This document shows, piece by piece, positions 43,519-53,220 of a DNA stretch of 61,933 bases (positions are counted from its first letter, which is position 1; every line of letters begins with the position of its first letter). The position numbers and the translations under genes were made by a program. Location of the stretch: positions 1-61,933 of the forward strand of contig JADGOG010000001.1 in the NCBI GenBank assembly GCA_017883065.1, in the 5' to 3' direction. Source of the stretch: Acidimicrobiales bacterium (GTDB taxonomy: Bacteria > Actinomycetota > Acidimicrobiia > Acidimicrobiales > RAAP-2). The notes under the pieces were generated by a model. That model did no database searches. It was given only the letters and a program-made list of their open reading frames with translations, and had not been told where the DNA came from.

Positions 43519-44652
43519 ATGACCACGGAAATGAGCAGCACCGAGGAGATCATCGGCAGAGCCGAGATCGACGACTTCGAGGCGATTCTCTCGATCGTGG
43601 GTGTCGAGGAGCCCGACGGCCTCCACGTGGTCCACTCTGACTACGACTCCAACTTCACCTGGGACTACGAGAAGGGTGCCCGTCCCAAGCTCAACAAGCT
43701 CTACGAGAAGGCCAAGGGCGCCCAGTGGAACGGGGAGACCGACCTTCCCTGGGAGATCGAGGTCGATCAGGAGAAGCTGGTGAAGGACCAGGCCGAAGCG
43801 GCCGGCGGCTTCGGTGCCGGCTTCGACCTGACCGGCACGCCGGTCGAGAAGTGGGGCGACAAGGAGTGGGTGGAGTTCGGCGTGGAGAGCCAGAACTGGA
43901 CGCTGTCCCAGTTCCTCCACGGTGAGCAGGGTGCGCTGATCTGCACGGCCAAGATCGTGGAGTCGGTCCCGTGGATCGACGCCAAGTACTACGCCGCCAC
44001 CCAGGTAATGGACGAGGCCCGCCATGTCGAGGTGTTCGCCAAGTACCTCGACGAGAAGCTGTCCGGCCACTATCCGGTGAACGCCCACCTGCGGATGCTC
44101 CTCGACGACATCATCGCCGATTCCCGCTGGGACCTCACCTACCTGGGCATGCAGATCATGGTGGAGGGCCTGGCCCTGGCCGCCTTCGGCTTCATGCACC
44201 AGCTGACCGGCGACCCTTTGCTCAAGAAGCTGCTCCGCTACGTGATGGCCGACGAGGCCCGCCACGTGGCCTTCGGTGTGCTGAGCCTGCAGGAGTACTA
44301 CGAGGGGCTGGGCGCGGCCGAGCTGCGCGAGCGCCAGGAGTTCGCCTTCGAGGCCGCGGTGAGGATGCGCGACCGGTTCCTCCAACAAGAGGTCTGGGAC
44401 CGGATGGGCGTCGACCCCAAGGCCATCGTGCCCGTGGTCCAGCAGGCACCCGAGCGGGCCGAGTTCCAGGCACTGCTGTTCTCCAAGATCGTCCCCAACT
44501 GCAAGAAGCTCGGCCTGCTGGACGCCGCCGACGGATGGCTGCGGACCAAGTTCACCGAGCTCGGCGTCATCGAGTTCGAGTCCTGGGTGGACACCACCCA
44601 GGAGGTCGACGCCATGGCCTCGGGTCCGCCCATGGACCGGGTCGACTCCTAG
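43519..44652 (+). CDS. ferritin-like diiron-carboxylate protein (AurF/R2-like oxygenase superfamily)
   Basis: 377 aa; ATG with AAGGGAGA upstream. Two E-x(n)-DE.RH motifs (..QVMDEARHVEVFAKYL.. and ..YVMADEARHVAFGVL..) plus upstream Glu-containing helices (LHGEQGAL, IMVEGLAL) fit a four-helix diiron site. Confidence 0.75.
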   Translation: MTTEMSSTEEIIGRAEIDDFEAILSIVGVEEPDGLHVVHSDYDSNFTWDYEKGARPKLNKLYEKAKGAQWNGETDLPWEIEVDQEKLVKDQAEAAGGFGAGFDLTGTPVEKWGDKEWVEFGVESQNWTLSQFLHGEQGALICTAKIVESVPWIDAKYYAATQVMDEARHVEVFAKYLDEKLSGHYPVNAHLRMLLDDIIADSRWDLTYLGMQIMVEGLALAAFGFMHQLTGDPLLKKLLRYVMADEARHVAFGVLSLQEYYEGLGAAELRERQEFAFEAAVRMRDRFLQQEVWDRMGVDPKAIVPVVQQAPERAEFQALLFSKIVPNCKKLGLLDAADGWLRTKFTELGVIEFESWVDTTQEVDAMASGPPMDRVDS

Positions 44653-44831
44653 GGGCGAACCCCCGGGGGAGGGCCGGGAACCGTGATGCGGTGCGGTGGC
44701 GGTGAGCCCGCTCCGCCCGACACGCTGAGGGACCGCGGGTACCTGCTGGTAGCCTGCGACATCGTGACCGCCTCCACCTGCCCATCGACGACGCCGGTTC
44801 CGGCGCCGTCCTCATCGAGAGCCTGAACGAC

Positions 44832-45740
44832 GTGCCCCGATTCGGATCCGTGGTCACCGCCATGGTCACCCCGTTCGGCCCGGACGGGTCGCTCGACCTC
44901 GATGCTGCGGTCACCGTAGCCAGGCACCTGGCGTCGACGGGCAGCGATGCCCTGGTGGTGGCGGGAACCACCGGCGAGGGACCGGTCCTGACCGACGCCG
45001 AGCGGATCGAGCTCTTCCGGGCGGTGGTGGGGGCGGTGACCATCCCGGTGGTGGCCTCGACCGGCACCAACGACACCGCCCACTCGATCATGCTGACCAA
45101 GGAGGCCAAGGCCAGCGGCGCCGACGGCATCCTGGTGGTGACGCCGTACTACAACCGGCCCTCGGCGGCCGGGCTGTCGGCCCACTTCCGGGCGGTGGCG
45201 GCGGCCAGCGATCTTCCCGTCGTGCTCTACGACATCCCCGTCCGCTCGGGACGACGGATCGGTCCGGGGCTGACCCTCGAACTGGCGCGCGACGTCCCGT
45301 CCATCGTGGCGGTCAAGGATGCCACCGGGGACGTGGCCTCAGCGGCGACCGTGGTGGCCGGCAGCCCGGCCGGGTTCGAGGTCTACTGCGGTGACGACTC
45401 ACTGACCCTTCCGTTCGTGGCGGTCGGTGGCGTGGGCGTGATCAGCGTGGCCGCCCATTGGGCCGGTCCGCAGTTCGCCGAGATGATCACTGCCCACCGC
45501 GCCGGCGAGGTCGAACGGGCGATGCTGATCAACCAGCGACTGGTCGGGTCCTACCGGTTCCAGTCGACCGAGGACTACCCCAATCCGGTGCCGGCCAAGG
45601 CGGCATGCCGGGTGCTCGGACTGCCGGTGGGGCAGTGCCGTCTCCCCAATGCGGTCGCTCCTGGGTCCCTCGACGAACAGGCCCGGGCCGTCCTGTCCGA
45701 GCTGGGCCGCCTCGATGCTGCCCATCAGACCGTTGCCTGA
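44832..45740 (+). CDS. dapA: 4-hydroxy-tetrahydrodipicolinate synthase
   Basis: FGSVVTAMVTPFGPDGSLDLDA...VVAGTTGEGPVLT...TPYYNRPS...VLYDIPVRSG..VAVKDATGD (Schiff-base Lys context). Confidence 0.9.
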   Translation: MPRFGSVVTAMVTPFGPDGSLDLDAAVTVARHLASTGSDALVVAGTTGEGPVLTDAERIELFRAVVGAVTIPVVASTGTNDTAHSIMLTKEAKASGADGILVVTPYYNRPSAAGLSAHFRAVAAASDLPVVLYDIPVRSGRRIGPGLTLELARDVPSIVAVKDATGDVASAATVVAGSPAGFEVYCGDDSLTLPFVAVGGVGVISVAAHWAGPQFAEMITAHRAGEVERAMLINQRLVGSYRFQSTEDYPNPVPAKAACRVLGLPVGQCRLPNAVAPGSLDEQARAVLSELGRLDAAHQTVA

Positions 45741-45789
45741 GGCCGGCGGTTCCGGTCGCACGGACCGGTCGACAGGACGACGCGGCACG

Positions 45790-47700
45790 GTGGGCGACAC
45801 GAGCGGTTCGGGCGCCGGTGGAAGTGCTCCGGTGAAGCGCAAGCAGAGCGGCGGCGGGGCAGCCAAGGCCGGCGGAGCCGGCAAAGCACAACGATCACGC
45901 AAGCAGAGCGGCGGTGGCGGGCAGACCACGGCCGGAGCGAACCGGTCGTCAGGTGGGGCAGCCGCGGCTCCCACCAAGCGGGCGGCCCGCAAGAAGGAGC
46001 CGGCTCGCGCCACACCGCGGACGCAGCCCGCAGCCGGGGCCGGAGCGGTGCGGGTGGTCTTCCTCGGCGGACTCGGCGAGATCGGACGCAACTGCGCATG
46101 CATCGAGGTCGACGGCCGCATCCTGGTGCTCGACGTCGGCATCATGTTCCCCGACCCGGACATGCCCGGGGTCGACCTGGTCCTGCCGGACTTCACCTAC
46201 CTGCGCGAGAACGCCGATCGAGTCGATGGCGTCATCCTGACCCACGGGCACGAGGATCACACCGGCGGTCTGGCATACCTGCTGCGGGACTTCCCGGTGT
46301 CCGTCTACGGTTCGGAGCTGACGCTGGCCCTGGCTCGCAACCGGGTCGACGAAGCCGGCATGGCCTCACAGGCGCAGTTCATCCCGGTCCGTGACGGCGA
46401 ACGCCGTCGGATCGGCCCCTGCGATGTGGAGTTCATCCCGGTCACCCACTCGGTGCCGCACGCCTTCGCCACCGCATTCCACACGCCCCAGGGGGTCATC
46501 CTCCACTCCGGCGACTTCAAGATCGACCTCCACCCGGTGGACGGACGGCGTACCGATCTGGCCCGCATGGGTGCCCTCGGGTCCGACCCCGGGGTCCGGA
46601 TGCTGCTGATCGACTCGACCAACGCCGAGGAGCCCGGGTTCACGCCCTCGGAGTCGACGGTGGGGGCCACGCTCCGCAAGGTCTTCCTGGCCCGCCCGGA
46701 CCGCCGATTCATCGTCACCTGCTTCGCCAGCCACATCCACCGGGTCCAGCAGGTGGCCGACGCAGCCATCGCCGGTGGCCGCCGGGTGGCCACCCTCGGC
46801 CGGTCCATGCAGAAGAACGTGGCCCTGGCCCGCAAGCTCGGACTCTTGGACATCCCCGAGCAGTCCCTCATCGACATCGAGGACGTCGACCAGCTCGACC
46901 CCGGCCAGGTGTGTGTGATCTCGACCGGCTCCCAGGGTGAGCCGATGTCGGCCCTGACCAAACTGGCCACCGGGGAGAACCGGTTCTTCAAGCTGCGTGA
47001 GAACGACGTGGTCGTGATCAGTGCGCATCCCATACCCGGCAACGAGTGGTCGGTGGGCCGGGTCATCGACAGCCTGCACCGACGCAATGTCGAGGTCATC
47101 CACTCCGGCGTGGACTCGGTGCACGTCAGCGGTCACGCACGTCAGGGGGAGCTGGCCACGCTGATGTCGGTGACCGATCCCGAGTTCTTGATCCCGGTGC
47201 ACGGCGAGTACCGCCACATGGCCAATCAGGTGCGGGTGGCCGAGTCCATGGGCATCGCCGGCGACCGAGTCCTCCTCTGCGAGGACGGCGATGCGGTACG
47301 CCTGGACGCATCCGGCATCCACCGGGACGGCACGGTGCCGGGAGGCTACCTGTTCGTGGACGGGAGCTCGGTGGGCGACATCGGTCACGGTGTGCTCCGC
47401 GACCGGATGGTCCTGGCCGAGGAGGGTGTGGTGATGGCCGTGGCCACCGTCGACCTGAAGCGCGGCGAGGTGGTCGGCGTGCCCCAGATCGTGACCAGGG
47501 GCTGGGCCTACGACCACGACACCGAGGCACTCCTCGACGAGGCCCGTGTCCAGGTGACCAAGGCGCTGGTGCAGGCGCTGGCCTCAGGGAGCAGCGACCA
47601 CGAGAACCTCAATCGGGTGGCGCGCAAGGCACTTGGCCGGTTGGTGGGCGACCGGACCCGTCAGCGTCCGATGATCGTCCCGGTGATCGTTACCGTCTGA
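45790..47700 (+). CDS. rnj: ribonuclease J with basic low-complexity N-terminal extension
   Basis: The metallo-beta-lactamase/beta-CASP core runs from VRVVFLGGLGEIGRNCACIEVDGRILVLDVGIMFPD, with HGHEDHTGG and ..HVSGHARQGEL.. The start is uncertain: the GTG at 45790 is the first start after the dapA stop, while the ATGs at 45649 and 45715 would overlap dapA. Confidence 0.85.
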   Translation: MGDTSGSGAGGSAPVKRKQSGGGAAKAGGAGKAQRSRKQSGGGGQTTAGANRSSGGAAAAPTKRAARKKEPARATPRTQPAAGAGAVRVVFLGGLGEIGRNCACIEVDGRILVLDVGIMFPDPDMPGVDLVLPDFTYLRENADRVDGVILTHGHEDHTGGLAYLLRDFPVSVYGSELTLALARNRVDEAGMASQAQFIPVRDGERRRIGPCDVEFIPVTHSVPHAFATAFHTPQGVILHSGDFKIDLHPVDGRRTDLARMGALGSDPGVRMLLIDSTNAEEPGFTPSESTVGATLRKVFLARPDRRFIVTCFASHIHRVQQVADAAIAGGRRVATLGRSMQKNVALARKLGLLDIPEQSLIDIEDVDQLDPGQVCVISTGSQGEPMSALTKLATGENRFFKLRENDVVVISAHPIPGNEWSVGRVIDSLHRRNVEVIHSGVDSVHVSGHARQGELATLMSVTDPEFLIPVHGEYRHMANQVRVAESMGIAGDRVLLCEDGDAVRLDASGIHRDGTVPGGYLFVDGSSVGDIGHGVLRDRMVLAEEGVVMAVATVDLKRGEVVGVPQIVTRGWAYDHDTEALLDEARVQVTKALVQALASGSSDHENLNRVARKALGRLVGDRTRQRPMIVPVIVTV

Positions 47701-47737
47701 GCTGGGTCTTCGTGTTCATTTCGCCGTGATGTAGGGG

Positions 47738-50260
47738 GTGGTGTCCCCAACTCGGGGACGCAGCGGGACTACTCTGATACGCACTGTGACCACCGCCACG
47801 AAGCGATCGGCGGGTCGATCTGGGGCTTCGCGGTCGAAGGGCAGGTCCGCAGCCTCTTCTCGATCTCGACCGAAGCACACCACGACCTCCCGCAGGAAGA
47901 CCGCCCAGGGCCGGGGGTCGGGCCGGGGAAGGGCCGCCCAGGCACCGCCCAGCCTGATGGCGTCGATGTGGGCGGTGATCGCCGGCCACGCCACCGATCT
48001 CTGGGGCATCGTCCTGATCACGGTGGGCGTGCTGACCGGGATCGCCTTCTACGCCGACTCGCTGGATCCGGCCGGCCACGTGGCACGGATCGGGGTCGGC
48101 GACCTCCTCGGCTGGGGCCGGTTCCTGGTGCCGCCGGTGGCCATCGCAGTCGGGATCCTCCTGCTGGTCAACCGGACCGGTGACGAACAGGAGCGGACTG
48201 CTCCGGAGCCGGCCCGTGCCGTCATCGGCGCCACGCTCACCCTGCTGGCCGTGGCCGGACTGGCCTCCCTGGCCGGCGGCTCACCGGCCCTGCGCTCGTC
48301 CACCGCCGGTCTGTCGGCCGCCGGTGGATGGGTGGGGGCGGTGATCGGCAATCCCCTTCGGAGCGCTCTGGGAGGATTCGGCGCCGCCACCGTGCTGGTG
48401 GCCTTGTTGGCGGTGGCCATGGTGCTGTTCACCGGTGTCTCCGTCCACTCGGCCTCCCGGGCGTGCGTGGGTGCGGTCCGCTGGCTGGTGACCACGGCCC
48501 GAGGTGGATCGGAGCGGGAGGGCGAGGGCGAGCTGGCCGAGTCCGACCCTCCGACCGATCCGTTCGGACGGGCGGTCAGCTCCACGGCCCAGACCGCGGC
48601 TCCGCCCTTCGACCAGGGGTCGTCGCAGCTCGACGATCCGCTCGCCGACGTCGTCCCCGCGCCCGATCCGGCGTCGGCGCCGGCCGCTCCCTCCGAGCCC
48701 GAGTCGGTCCCGGCAGCGCCGAGCGCCACCCAGCTGGAGATGAAGACGAGCCCGACGGTGGGGGACTGGCGCCTGCCCCCGCCCAACCTGTTGAAGCGGG
48801 CCAAGCGCCACACCGTGGACGAGCGGGAGGTCGACGCCAGCGGTGCCGCACTGGTGGCGGCGCTCTCCACCCACGGGGTCGAGACCCGCCTGGTCGGGCG
48901 GGCGGTCGGCCCGTCGGTGACCCGCTACGAGTTGGAGCTCGGGCCCGGGGTCAAGGTGGCACGGGTGACCTCGTTGTCGAAGGACATCGCCTACGCCATG
49001 GCCTCACCCGACGTGCGGATCCTGGCGCCCATCCCGGGCAAGTCGGCCATCGGCGTCGAGGTGCCCAACCGCCGTCGGGAGCTGGTGGCACTGGGCGACA
49101 TCCTGGCTTCGCCGGAGGCAGCCGGGGCCCACCATCCCCTCGAGGTGGCCCTCGGTCGGGACATCGCCGGACGGGCGGTGATGGTCAATCTGGCCGCGAT
49201 GCCCCACGTGCTGGTGTCCGGGGCCACCGGCTCGGGCAAGTCGTCCTGCATCAACTCCATCCTGACCTCGATCCTCACCCGGGCCACACCCGACCAGGTG
49301 CGGCTGATCCTGGTCGACCCCAAGCGGGTGGAGCTGGGCCAGTACAACGACCTGCCCCATCTGCTGACCCAGGTTGTGGTCGATCCGAAGAAGGCGGCCA
49401 ATGCGCTCAGCTGGGCGGTCACCGAGATGGAGCGCCGCTACGACCTCTTGGCCGAGGTCGGGATGCGGGACATCACCGGCTACAACGACGGCTTCGACAG
49501 CGGGGAGCTGGCCGAGTTCGAGGAGGCACACCAGCTCCGGATGCGTGGCACCGGATCGGACGACGAGGAGGCCGACGGCGAGGCCGAGGCCCACTACCAG
49601 CGCCTGCCCTTCATCCTCATCGTGGTGGACGAATTGAACGACCTGATGATGGTGGCGGCGCGCGACGTGGAGGAGTCGGTCTGCCGGATCGCCCAGATGG
49701 CCCGAGCCGTGGGGATCCACCTGGTGTTGGCCACCCAGCGTCCATCGGTCGACGTGATCACCGGCGTGATCAAGGCGAATATTCCGTCGCGGATGGCCTT
49801 TTCCGTATCCACCCAGGCCGACAGTCGGGTCATCCTCGACCAGGGTGGGGCCGAGCGACTGATCGGCAAGGGTGACATGCTCCTCTTGTCGGCGTCGTCG
49901 TCGAACCCCCAACGGCTCCAGGGCCCCTGGGTCAGCGAGGACGAGGTCAGAGCAGTGGCCGCCCACTGGCGCCGTCAGCGGCCGATGGAGGTCGTGGCGG
50001 CCATCGAAGAGGTGGTGAGCACCGAGGGCCGGAGGTCCGATGCCGAGGACGGCGATGACGACCTGCTCGACCAGGCCATGGAGCTGGTGGTGCGGTCGCA
50101 GCTGGGCTCCACCTCGATGCTGCAGCGGAAGCTGCGGGTCGGATTCGCCCGTGCCGGTCGTCTGATGGACCTGATGGAGCGTCGCGGGATTGTCGGGCCG
50201 TCCGAAGGTTCCAAGGCCCGCGCCGTCCTGATGACCCCTGAAGAACTGGACGCCCCCTGA
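47738..50260 (+). CDS. ftsK: DNA translocase FtsK
   Basis: A basic Ser/Arg-rich N-terminus is followed by 4 TM spans, a Pro-rich linker and the motor domain (VSGATGSGKSSCINSIL, LPFILIVVDELNDLMM, HLVLATQRPSVDVITG). The winged-helix gamma domain (..STSMLQRKLRVGFARAGRLMDLMERRGIVGP) follows. Confidence 0.9.
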   Translation: MVSPTRGRSGTTLIRTVTTATKRSAGRSGASRSKGRSAASSRSRPKHTTTSRRKTAQGRGSGRGRAAQAPPSLMASMWAVIAGHATDLWGIVLITVGVLTGIAFYADSLDPAGHVARIGVGDLLGWGRFLVPPVAIAVGILLLVNRTGDEQERTAPEPARAVIGATLTLLAVAGLASLAGGSPALRSSTAGLSAAGGWVGAVIGNPLRSALGGFGAATVLVALLAVAMVLFTGVSVHSASRACVGAVRWLVTTARGGSEREGEGELAESDPPTDPFGRAVSSTAQTAAPPFDQGSSQLDDPLADVVPAPDPASAPAAPSEPESVPAAPSATQLEMKTSPTVGDWRLPPPNLLKRAKRHTVDEREVDASGAALVAALSTHGVETRLVGRAVGPSVTRYELELGPGVKVARVTSLSKDIAYAMASPDVRILAPIPGKSAIGVEVPNRRRELVALGDILASPEAAGAHHPLEVALGRDIAGRAVMVNLAAMPHVLVSGATGSGKSSCINSILTSILTRATPDQVRLILVDPKRVELGQYNDLPHLLTQVVVDPKKAANALSWAVTEMERRYDLLAEVGMRDITGYNDGFDSGELAEFEEAHQLRMRGTGSDDEEADGEAEAHYQRLPFILIVVDELNDLMMVAARDVEESVCRIAQMARAVGIHLVLATQRPSVDVITGVIKANIPSRMAFSVSTQADSRVILDQGGAERLIGKGDMLLLSASSSNPQRLQGPWVSEDEVRAVAAHWRRQRPMEVVAAIEEVVSTEGRRSDAEDGDDDLLDQAMELVVRSQLGSTSMLQRKLRVGFARAGRLMDLMERRGIVGPSEGSKARAVLMTPEELDAP

Positions 50261-50328
50261 ACCAGGGCTATTCCGACCAGCCCGGCGAACGCACCGAGCC
50301 CGACGGCGTCGCCGAACCCGACCCCTCG

Positions 50329-52197
50329 GTGTCGATACCGAGCGATCCGGGGGCCGAAGGAGCGGACGTCCCCCTATCGCCGTCCGACGGCGTCGTAGCG
50401 GCACCTGCAGCGGACGACCGGGCAGGTGACGGCATCGGCGGCGGGTCGGAGCTCGCCGACGGGGGAGTCGCCGATGGGGCCGGAGCCGGTGCGGCCCCGG
50501 GTGCGATCCCGCTTCCGGCGCCGGCCACCTCCGACATCACCGTGGCAGAGGCCTCGTTCGTCGAATTCCCCTTGACCTTCGTCGGCGCCAGCCTGGCAAC
50601 CGAAACGGACGAGACGGGCATGACGGTCACAACCAGCGTGACGGTGGTGGCCGGTGTTGCGGTACTGGTGGAGCCCGAACCGTCGGGCCCCATGCCCGTC
50701 ATCGCGCCACAGGAGGGTCCGACCCCCGGCCAATCCGACGGGGAAGGTGGCGGTCGTGCCGGCCGGCGGGTCCGCCGGTCGAGGCGGCGAAGGTGGTGGC
50801 TGTGGGGATCGGTCACCGCGGTGGTGGCCGTGGCCCTGGTGGCCGCCGGCTTGGTCTCGGCCCAGCGCATCAATCGCCCGCTGCACGCGCCGGCCTCGGC
50901 CTCGGCCCTGCCCGCCTCGCTGGTGGTGTCCGGAACGGGCCCGGCACTGCCCTGGCCGACCAAGGGGCAAGGGGCGGTGGCGGTTCCCTCCCTGGGCTTC
51001 GCCTCCCAATCGGGAGCGGAGACGCCGGTCCCCATCGCTTCGTTGACCAAGATGACCACCGCGTTGGTGGTGCTGACCGATCACCCGGTGCCTGCGGGGG
51101 AGAGCGGGCCTCCGATCACCGTCATTGCGCCGGACATCGCCGAGTACCAGATCGAGGTGCACAACGACCAGTCGACGGTCCCGATCCGACTGGGCGAGGT
51201 CCTGACCGAGCGTCAGATGCTCGAGGCCATGCTCACCCAGTCGGCCAACGACATCGCCTTCACCTTGGCGGTGTGGGATGCCGGGAGCACCGAGGCCTTC
51301 GTGGCCAAGATGAACGCCATCGCCCTCGAGATCGGCGCCACCAACACCCACTACGTCGACGTGAGCGGCTACAACCCGGGCTCGGTCTCCTCCGCCTCCG
51401 ACTGCATCCGCGTGGCCGCCGCCGGCATGGCCATCCCCACCTTCGCCGAGGTGGTGGGCATGAACTCGGTCACCCTGCCCCTGGAGGGCACCGTGCCCAA
51501 CGTCGTGTCGGAAGTGGGGAGCACGATCGGAGGGTACAAGGTGGTCGGCGTCAAGTCGGGCTACACCTCCGAGGCCAAGGGCTGCCTGGTGTTGGCGGCC
51601 GACCGGGTGATCTCCGGTCGGTCGGTCCTGGTGCTCACCGCGGTGCTCACACAGCCGGTCCCTCCACCGATCATTCCCACCACCACCACGACCCGGCCCA
51701 AGCCGGCTCCGACCACCACCAAGGCTCCGCCGCCGGTCCCCGGGTCCCCCCCGACCACGACTCCGCCCACCACCGCGCCTCCGGCGACGGCACCGCCGAC
51801 CACCACCACGACCATTCCGTTGAACGACCTCCAGGTGCCCGACCCGCTCCGCTACACCCGGCCGGTGACCGAGGCGCTGCTCACCGCCACGGCGGCTGCG
51901 GTCGTCCCGGTCGTCACGGCCACCGCCGGTCAGCCGGCGGGGACGGTCACCGCCCAGTGGGGCGGGGTGTCCCACCGGGTGGGGGTGGTCGCCGCACGCG
52001 GTGCCTGGTTGGCTGCGTGGCCGGGTCAGCAGGTGCATATCACCACCACCCTGTCGCCGGTCCCACCCGGAGGCCGGACCGGCCGGAAGGTGGGGAGCGC
52101 GTCCTACGCTCTCGGGACTCAGGTCGAGGTGGTGCCGCTCAGGCTGGCGGCCACCGTGCCCGAGCCGACCTGGTGGTGGAGGCTGGTCCACAACTAG
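50329..52197 (+). CDS. D-alanyl-D-alanine carboxypeptidase (S11 PBP) with Pro/Thr-rich linker
   Basis: SxxK (IASLTKMTT), SxN (QSANDIA) and K(T/S)G (VKSGYT) motifs appear in the correct order. A single TM span (WWLWGSVTAVVAVALVAAGLV) follows a low-complexity cytoplasmic N-terminus. A PT-rich linker precedes a C-terminal beta domain. The start is uncertain. Confidence 0.8.
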   Translation: MSIPSDPGAEGADVPLSPSDGVVAAPAADDRAGDGIGGGSELADGGVADGAGAGAAPGAIPLPAPATSDITVAEASFVEFPLTFVGASLATETDETGMTVTTSVTVVAGVAVLVEPEPSGPMPVIAPQEGPTPGQSDGEGGGRAGRRVRRSRRRRWWLWGSVTAVVAVALVAAGLVSAQRINRPLHAPASASALPASLVVSGTGPALPWPTKGQGAVAVPSLGFASQSGAETPVPIASLTKMTTALVVLTDHPVPAGESGPPITVIAPDIAEYQIEVHNDQSTVPIRLGEVLTERQMLEAMLTQSANDIAFTLAVWDAGSTEAFVAKMNAIALEIGATNTHYVDVSGYNPGSVSSASDCIRVAAAGMAIPTFAEVVGMNSVTLPLEGTVPNVVSEVGSTIGGYKVVGVKSGYTSEAKGCLVLAADRVISGRSVLVLTAVLTQPVPPPIIPTTTTTRPKPAPTTTKAPPPVPGSPPTTTPPTTAPPATAPPTTTTTIPLNDLQVPDPLRYTRPVTEALLTATAAAVVPVVTATAGQPAGTVTAQWGGVSHRVGVVAARGAWLAAWPGQQVHITTTLSPVPPGGRTGRKVGSASYALGTQVEVVPLRLAATVPEPTWWWRLVHN

Positions 52198-52272
52198 CCT
52201 CTTGCCGCTCGGGGGGCCGGGGACGGGCTTCGGATCCCGACGGCCCCACACCGCTGCGGCTACCGTGGCGGT

Positions 52273-53208
52273 GTGCGCGCCCGAGCCCCAGCATCGTCGG
52301 CCAACCTCGGACCCGGGTTCGACACGCTGGCCGTGGCCCTCGACCGGTATGTCGAGGTGGAGGTGGAATCCGCCTCCCGGCTCATCGTCCGTTCCGAAGG
52401 TGAGGGCGCCGGCCTGTCCGACGACCCGTCCCATCTGGCCGCCCGGGTGGCCATCGACGTCGCCGGCACCGACCGGTTGGCCATCACCGTCCGCTCGCAG
52501 ATCCCCATCGCCCGGGGCCTGGGGTCGTCAGCCGCCCTCGCGGTGGCCGCAGCCGCGGCGGCCGGTGCCAAGGATCCTCTGGCCGTCGCCGCCCACATGG
52601 ACGGCCACCCCGACAACGCGGCCGCCTCGATGGTCGGTGGCCTGGTGGCCGCGGCCCGGGTCAAGGGTGGGATTCAGGCGGTCCGCCTGGCGCTCGATGT
52701 CAGCCTGGCCTTCGTGGTGATCGTCCCCGACCTCACGCTTTCGACGGCCAAGGCCCGTCAGGCCCTTCCCAACGAGGTGAGCCGCGAGAGTGCCGCCTTC
52801 AACTTGTCACGGATGGCACTCCTGATCGCCGGCCTGGCCGACAGCAGGGTGCTCATCAGCGAGGCGACCGAGGACCGCCTCCATCAGGACTACCGGAGCC
52901 CGCTCTTCCCGGCGGCCCCCAAGCTGCTGGCCAGCCTTTCCGCCGGCGGAGCCCTGGCCGTGTGCTGGTCGGGTGCCGGACCCTCGCTGCTCGGCATCTG
53001 CAAGGGCACCGAATCCCACCGGGTGCAGCAGGCGGCCGAGTCGGCGATGGCCGACGCCGGCATCCCCGGCCAGGTCCTGGTCCTCCGAGCCGACCTCCAC
53101 GGCCTCATCCTCAATCCCGAGGGGGCGTGGGACGAGGCGTCTGAGGTCTCGTCGACGGGTCCGTCGGTGGGCCGGTCGGAGGTCTACGACTTCAACGCCG
53201 GTCGGTAG
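52273..53208 (+). CDS. thrB: homoserine kinase
   Basis: APASSANLGPGFDTLAVAL and the GHMP motif PIARGLGSSAALAVAAAAA. 311 aa. Confidence 0.9.
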   Translation: MRARAPASSANLGPGFDTLAVALDRYVEVEVESASRLIVRSEGEGAGLSDDPSHLAARVAIDVAGTDRLAITVRSQIPIARGLGSSAALAVAAAAAAGAKDPLAVAAHMDGHPDNAAASMVGGLVAAARVKGGIQAVRLALDVSLAFVVIVPDLTLSTAKARQALPNEVSRESAAFNLSRMALLIAGLADSRVLISEATEDRLHQDYRSPLFPAAPKLLASLSAGGALAVCWSGAGPSLLGICKGTESHRVQQAAESAMADAGIPGQVLVLRADLHGLILNPEGAWDEASEVSSTGPSVGRSEVYDFNAGR

Positions 53209-53220
53209 CCGGAGCCCCTC

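Noticed and set aside
44653-44831. A lysine riboswitch or leader in the 179-nt spacer upstream of dapA.
   Set aside because: I could not find the L-box conserved core or a convincing multi-stem structure. There is only a short CCCCCGGGGG palindrome right after the upstream stop. A covariance-model search would be needed to change this.
52213-52247. An imperfect GC-rich hairpin (GGGGCCG...CGGCCCC) after the DD-carboxypeptidase gene as a terminator.
   Set aside because: The stem is interrupted by a bulge and mismatches and has no U-tract. It is too weak to list as a feature.
53209-53220. A preQ1 riboswitch upstream of queF.
   Set aside because: Only 12 nt separate thrB from queF, leaving no room for an aptamer.
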